A stretch of DNA of 64,000 nt from positions 1 to 64,000 of the forward strand of contig JAYTHU010000031.1 of the NCBI GenBank assembly GCA_043732305.1. Reading direction: 5' to 3'. This stretch comes from Oligoflexia bacterium. GTDB taxonomy: Bacteria > Bdellovibrionota > Bdellovibrionia > JABDDW01. A model generated the notes under the pieces. It was not told the origin of the DNA and made no database searches. It was given only the letters and a program-made list of their open reading frames with translations. Made by a program: the position numbers and the translations under genes. How positions within the stretch are numbered: the stretch's first letter is position 1; every line of letters starts with the position of its first letter. Below, in pieces: positions 60,212 to 64,000 of the stretch.

Positions 60212-61546
60212 TCAGGGGGTCTTTTGCACGCAAGCGAGAAATGATTTCTTATGAGAATCTTCATTCATTTGGCACAGGCTTATGACTTGACCTTTTTGAT
60301 CATGGATACGCACTTTCCATTCTCCTTGGGTCACGAGGTCAATAGTCAAATAACCAAAACTGTCAAAGCTGACAAAATCAGGATCTTCTTTTGGAAATTT
60401 ATCCAGAGCCGTGCCGCTCGCACCAACTATAAATTCAAGGGGACGATTGTCGTTGAATCTATTTAAACTCAAAATGTGGATGTGGCCGGCAATGACAACT
60501 CCGACATCCATGTTTTTTGGTATTTTAGTTTTAATTTTATTTTTTATTAATTTGGTTTCAGTTAAAAACGGTCGATGAGTTAAAATCCATAGTTTTTGAT
60601 TTTCTAAAGTTTTATTTTTAGAAAGAATATCTAAACTTCTTTGAATGTTTGTTTCATCAGTGGCATCGATCACGGCTAAAACCACAGAGCCCATGGGGAT
60701 CAAGTAAGGATCAATATTGTTCACACAGTTTGCAGTGTAAGGATGGGGATCTAAGAATCTCATCCAACCTTCTTTTGAGCGATTGCAATCCTCATGATTG
60801 CCACGTACAAAAATAAAGGGAGCCGTCTTTAACAAAGGATCAGCGGGCAAAATAAAATCTTCCATCCAACTGTTAGCCACATCACCTGAAGTGATGCCTT
60901 GGCATTCGGGATGTCCTACAGGACAAGCCGATTCTCGGTAATGATAATCCCCCACATGAATCACAAGCTCAGGATTCTCTTGCGCCATTGAGTTCGCTAA
61001 GCTTGCAAAGGGCCAAGAATTCTTATCTCCACAACCTTGAATCGCGGCACCTTTTTCATTCACCTTCACTCGACAGCCAGTGTCACCCATAACGGCGATT
61101 CTTGTGATTCGAGACTTTGGTAAAGGGATCTTATCAAAATCCAATATGTAACTTGGTACCTCACTTATAGGAACAGTGGCTTCATTTGGATTTTTTTCCG
61201 TCGTCCAAACACCTGATGGCTTTCTCTTGAGGCCCAGTTCACAAATTTGACTTGGGAAAGTCTTGGTAATAGCGGCTCGTCCATAAAGGGGAATAGAGCT
61301 AGACCCAACTTTTAGTGCAGGGCAGGTTCCACCGCCCTCGCTTATGGTCCTTAAAATTGCATTTCCCCTGATTCCTTCTTCAACCCAATAATAAGGCGCG
61401 CCTTCATTGTAAACGAGGCCACTCTTCTTTTTGACAGCCGGATTTGCGAATGGTGCCTTTGCAACTTCAGCGGATTGACATGCCGTGAGAAAGACGGCAG
61501 AAAAAATAATTGAAACAAAATTTAGTTTGGAAAGTTTGATTTTCAT
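60212..61546 (-). CDS. Calcineurin-like metallophosphoesterase lipoprotein
   Basis: Lipobox LTAC; GDTG, HVGDY, RGNHE, THRP, AGHIH. Confidence 0.88.
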   Translation of the reverse strand: MKIKLSKLNFVSIIFSAVFLTACQSAEVAKAPFANPAVKKKSGLVYNEGAPYYWVEEGIRGNAILRTISEGGGTCPALKVGSSSIPLYGRAAITKTFPSQICELGLKRKPSGVWTTEKNPNEATVPISEVPSYILDFDKIPLPKSRITRIAVMGDTGCRVKVNEKGAAIQGCGDKNSWPFASLANSMAQENPELVIHVGDYHYRESACPVGHPECQGITSGDVANSWMEDFILPADPLLKTAPFIFVRGNHEDCNRSKEGWMRFLDPHPYTANCVNNIDPYLIPMGSVVLAVIDATDETNIQRSLDILSKNKTLENQKLWILTHRPFLTETKLIKNKIKTKIPKNMDVGVVIAGHIHILSLNRFNDNRPLEFIVGASGTALDKFPKEDPDFVSFDSFGYLTIDLVTQGEWKVRIHDQKGQVISLCQMNEDSHKKSFLACVQKTP

Positions 61547-61576
61547 ATGAAATGATAAAACCATAAAGGGGGCTTC

Positions 61577-61954
61577 ATGAATAGAAAAATTTTAGTTGCT
61601 AGTCCAATCGCTGCGATTGCATTTTTGAATCTATTTTCAATTTTTATTTGCGGTTTTATTTCCTCCAACTCTAGTGCGTCAACACTGAGTTGCACGAGTG
61701 TTTCCCAAGGGAAACTTGGTGGTCAGGACGTAGAAGTTAAAACTGGATTTGCTCAAGTCGAGTTCACCGATAAAGGTGTAAAATTTAAAGCCGACGTTGC
61801 AGAGGGCCACATTAATACGGTGTCGATTGAAAACCTAGCCACAAGCGTCAGCACTCTCGCTTATTCAAGTGATGGCGAAGCTAAAACGCTTTCAACACAA
61901 ATGCGCGTCCATGACAGCCTATTTGCGGGACTCGATTGCGACCTCGTCAATTAA
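61577..61954 (+). CDS. Small exported beta-rich hypothetical protein
   Basis: N-terminal hydrophobic segment; terminal Cys pair (LSCT...LDCD). Confidence 0.65.
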   Translation: MNRKILVASPIAAIAFLNLFSIFICGFISSNSSASTLSCTSVSQGKLGGQDVEVKTGFAQVEFTDKGVKFKADVAEGHINTVSIENLATSVSTLAYSSDGEAKTLSTQMRVHDSLFAGLDCDLVN

Positions 61955-62009
61955 ATTACCAGGAGACTCTAAATATTCATAAGCTGGTCCTAAGTCTCAT
62001 TAATTTCAG

Positions 62010-62037
62010 TAAAACTTCGCGTTTGCAAAGCCGATAT
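62010..62037 (+). promoter_or_regulatory. Putative sigma28 (FliA) promoter
   Basis: TAAA-N16-GCCGATAT, 6 nt before the ATG. Confidence 0.55.
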
Positions 62038-62043
62038 AAACTC

Positions 62044-63747
62044 ATGCCATTAAAAAGTCACGAGCTAGCAAAAGTCCGAGTCCGCATGCTCTATCAGCAA
62101 AATACGATAACGGAATTCAGTGCACTCTTCGTTGCAGCAGTGTACTTCTCCGCCTATCGCACGGTCGTCCCAAAAACGTTACTCATTGCTTGGTCTATGG
62201 AATTTGTAGCGCTGTCTATCATTAGGGTTGTTATTTCCCTTAGATTTTTGAGAAAAATAATTCACGAAGGAAAGGATTTCGATCCGGTTTATTGGGAAAG
62301 ACTTTTTTGTGTTGGAGTTTTTCTTTCAGGCTTATCCTGGGGAATTGCTGGCTCTGTTTTACTTCCGGAATCATTTACTCATCAGGTCATGATGGGCTGT
62401 ATGCTTTCAGGAATTACCGCAGCCGCCTCCATTGCATTTTGCTCATCTTCAATGGCGGCACAAATATTCCTTTTCACTTGTCTTACTCCTTACATTCTAA
62501 CTCTCTTTTTTTCAAAATTTACCATGGGACATGAATTAGTTGCGGTGGCCCTAAGCTACCTCGTGATCTTTAGTATTTTATCTTTAAGGGTAAACAAGTT
62601 CGCTCTGTCGACATTTTCGCTCGGCTATGAAAAAGATCGATTGATTGAGGAAATTAAAAGCAGTAAGGAAGCTTTAGATCTAGCACAAGCCATTGCCCAT
62701 GTAGGCAACGCAGTCATTAAACCCAAAACAGACACAATCACGTGGTCTGATGAAATATTTCGCATACTTGAACTAGATCCCAAAATCGATAAACCAAGTT
62801 CAGAACTTTACTATTCCCTTGTGCATCCCGACGATGTTCATGACGCAAGAAGCAGCATCGCAGATTCCATAAAAACAAAAACTTCCCGCGCAAAGGACAG
62901 AAGAATCATAACGAGATCCGGAAACCTCAAGCATATCTCAACAAAAATAGCGATTAGTACGAATGTCGCCGGCGAAGTCACCACCATCAATATTGTTGTG
63001 CACGACATCACAGACAGAAAAAAAGCGGAGATAGTTCTAGCGCAAAATTATAAAATGTCCGCACTTGGTGAAATGGCGGGAGGCATAGCGCATGAGATCA
63101 ACACTCCCCTCGCAATTGTTGCTGGTAAGATCGATCAGCTCAAAGATATGCTCATGAGGCCTTCCCTGGATTTAGAAAAAGCTATTCAGTGGTCAGATAA
63201 AATCAAAACAACTATCACGCGGATGGCAAAAATCACTCAAAGCTTAAAAACATTCTCAAAAGATGCTGATGAAGATTCGTTTGAAAACACCAAACTAACT
63301 GATGTTGTCACCGAAAGCACAAACCTTTATTTGAATAAACTAAAAGAAAACGGCATAAAATTCTCGATTGAAATTCCAGTAAATATGGAATTAGAATGTC
63401 GATCTATTCAACTGTGTCAGGTTATATTTAGCTTGATCTTGAATTCCATTGACGCCATTCGAGAACTTCCGATCAAGTGGATTAAAATTACGGCGCAAGA
63501 CATTGGCTCTGAAATTAGATTTTCCGTCATTGATAGCGGAACTGGGATTAAAGAAGAGCTCAGAAATAAAATCATGCAGCCATTTTTTACTACCAAGGAA
63601 ATTGGTAAAGGCATGGGATTGGGCTTAAGCGTTTCCAGAGGAATGATTGAAAGTCATTGCGGTCGTATTGAAATCGATCCAACCAATCATCACACCTGCT
63701 TCACAATCACACTTCCAAAAAAGCAAAATAGAAAACTCGCCGCCTGA
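62044..63747 (+). CDS. Membrane-bound PAS-domain sensor histidine kinase
   Basis: Multiple TMs, PAS (VHPDD), H-box AHEINTPL, N-box LILNSIDA, DSGTGI, FFTTK..GKGMGLGL. Confidence 0.92.
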   Translation: MPLKSHELAKVRVRMLYQQNTITEFSALFVAAVYFSAYRTVVPKTLLIAWSMEFVALSIIRVVISLRFLRKIIHEGKDFDPVYWERLFCVGVFLSGLSWGIAGSVLLPESFTHQVMMGCMLSGITAAASIAFCSSSMAAQIFLFTCLTPYILTLFFSKFTMGHELVAVALSYLVIFSILSLRVNKFALSTFSLGYEKDRLIEEIKSSKEALDLAQAIAHVGNAVIKPKTDTITWSDEIFRILELDPKIDKPSSELYYSLVHPDDVHDARSSIADSIKTKTSRAKDRRIITRSGNLKHISTKIAISTNVAGEVTTINIVVHDITDRKKAEIVLAQNYKMSALGEMAGGIAHEINTPLAIVAGKIDQLKDMLMRPSLDLEKAIQWSDKIKTTITRMAKITQSLKTFSKDADEDSFENTKLTDVVTESTNLYLNKLKENGIKFSIEIPVNMELECRSIQLCQVIFSLILNSIDAIRELPIKWIKITAQDIGSEIRFSVIDSGTGIKEELRNKIMQPFFTTKEIGKGMGLGLSVSRGMIESHCGRIEIDPTNHHTCFTITLPKKQNRKLAA

Positions 63748-63781
63748 GAATTAGTAATACAAAGCGTGGAGGAATTTTCTT

Positions 63782-64000
63782 CTACTTAAACTCAGAGGAT
63801 TTGGCAGCAGCCTTCTTTTTCTGATGGAATAAGTAAGGCAAAATAAATGCCAGGCCAACGTAGGTGTGCAGGCCCGTGACCAAATTTTTGAAATTTTCGT
63901 CAACTGCGTAAAGAATAAAAGGTACCGTCAAAGTTAGAAATCCCAGTATGGCGAGATTAAACAATCCTCCGCGTTTCCTCTCAACTCCTTTTAATCCCGG
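63782..64000 (-). CDS. Partial membrane protein (5' end off window)
   Basis: Frame open from the window edge; two TMs with His residues (LHTYVG, LFHQ). Confidence 0.55.
   Translation of the reverse strand, partial: PGLKGVERKRGGLFNLAILGFLTLTVPFILYAVDENFKNLVTGLHTYVGLAFILPYLFHQKKKAAAKSSEFK

Overview
Bacterial chromosomal window. Gene content and synteny (S2P protease-trpS-scpAB, TIGR04552-type gene, fadIJ/maeB-hflX, many signal-peptide hypotheticals) suggest a Bdellovibrionota-like organism; this is inference only. From left to right: (1) the end of a prophage-like element abutting the 3' end of tRNA-fMet, with a frameshifted HNH-containing replication initiator, a DUF559 nuclease and a VRR-NUC nuclease; (2) housekeeping and acyl-CoA genes (ggt, dctA, scpAB, trpS, icmF, crt, hbd), plus a Y1/RAYT-type transposase and a perfect 25-bp inverted repeat; (3) a ~15-kb divergent locus (24488-39783), the best candidate for an undescribed system; (4) fadIJ, maeB, hflX, an Mla/Lol-type ABC operon and an HD-GYP protein; (5) Cys-poor ribosomal proteins L33/S18/L28/S14 linked to a ZIP transporter, with S18 carrying long RGG/FGG tails; (6) pyrC, msrA and a PAS histidine kinase. 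The ~15-kb locus encodes one full TelA-like protein, six paralogues with a shared coiled-coil N-domain and modular C-domains, and a ClpA/ClpV-like AAA+ ATPase. All eight have export signals and a terminal C-x3-L motif, and back-to-back sigma54-type motifs sit between the two arms. All family calls were made by eye from motifs; no database searches were run.
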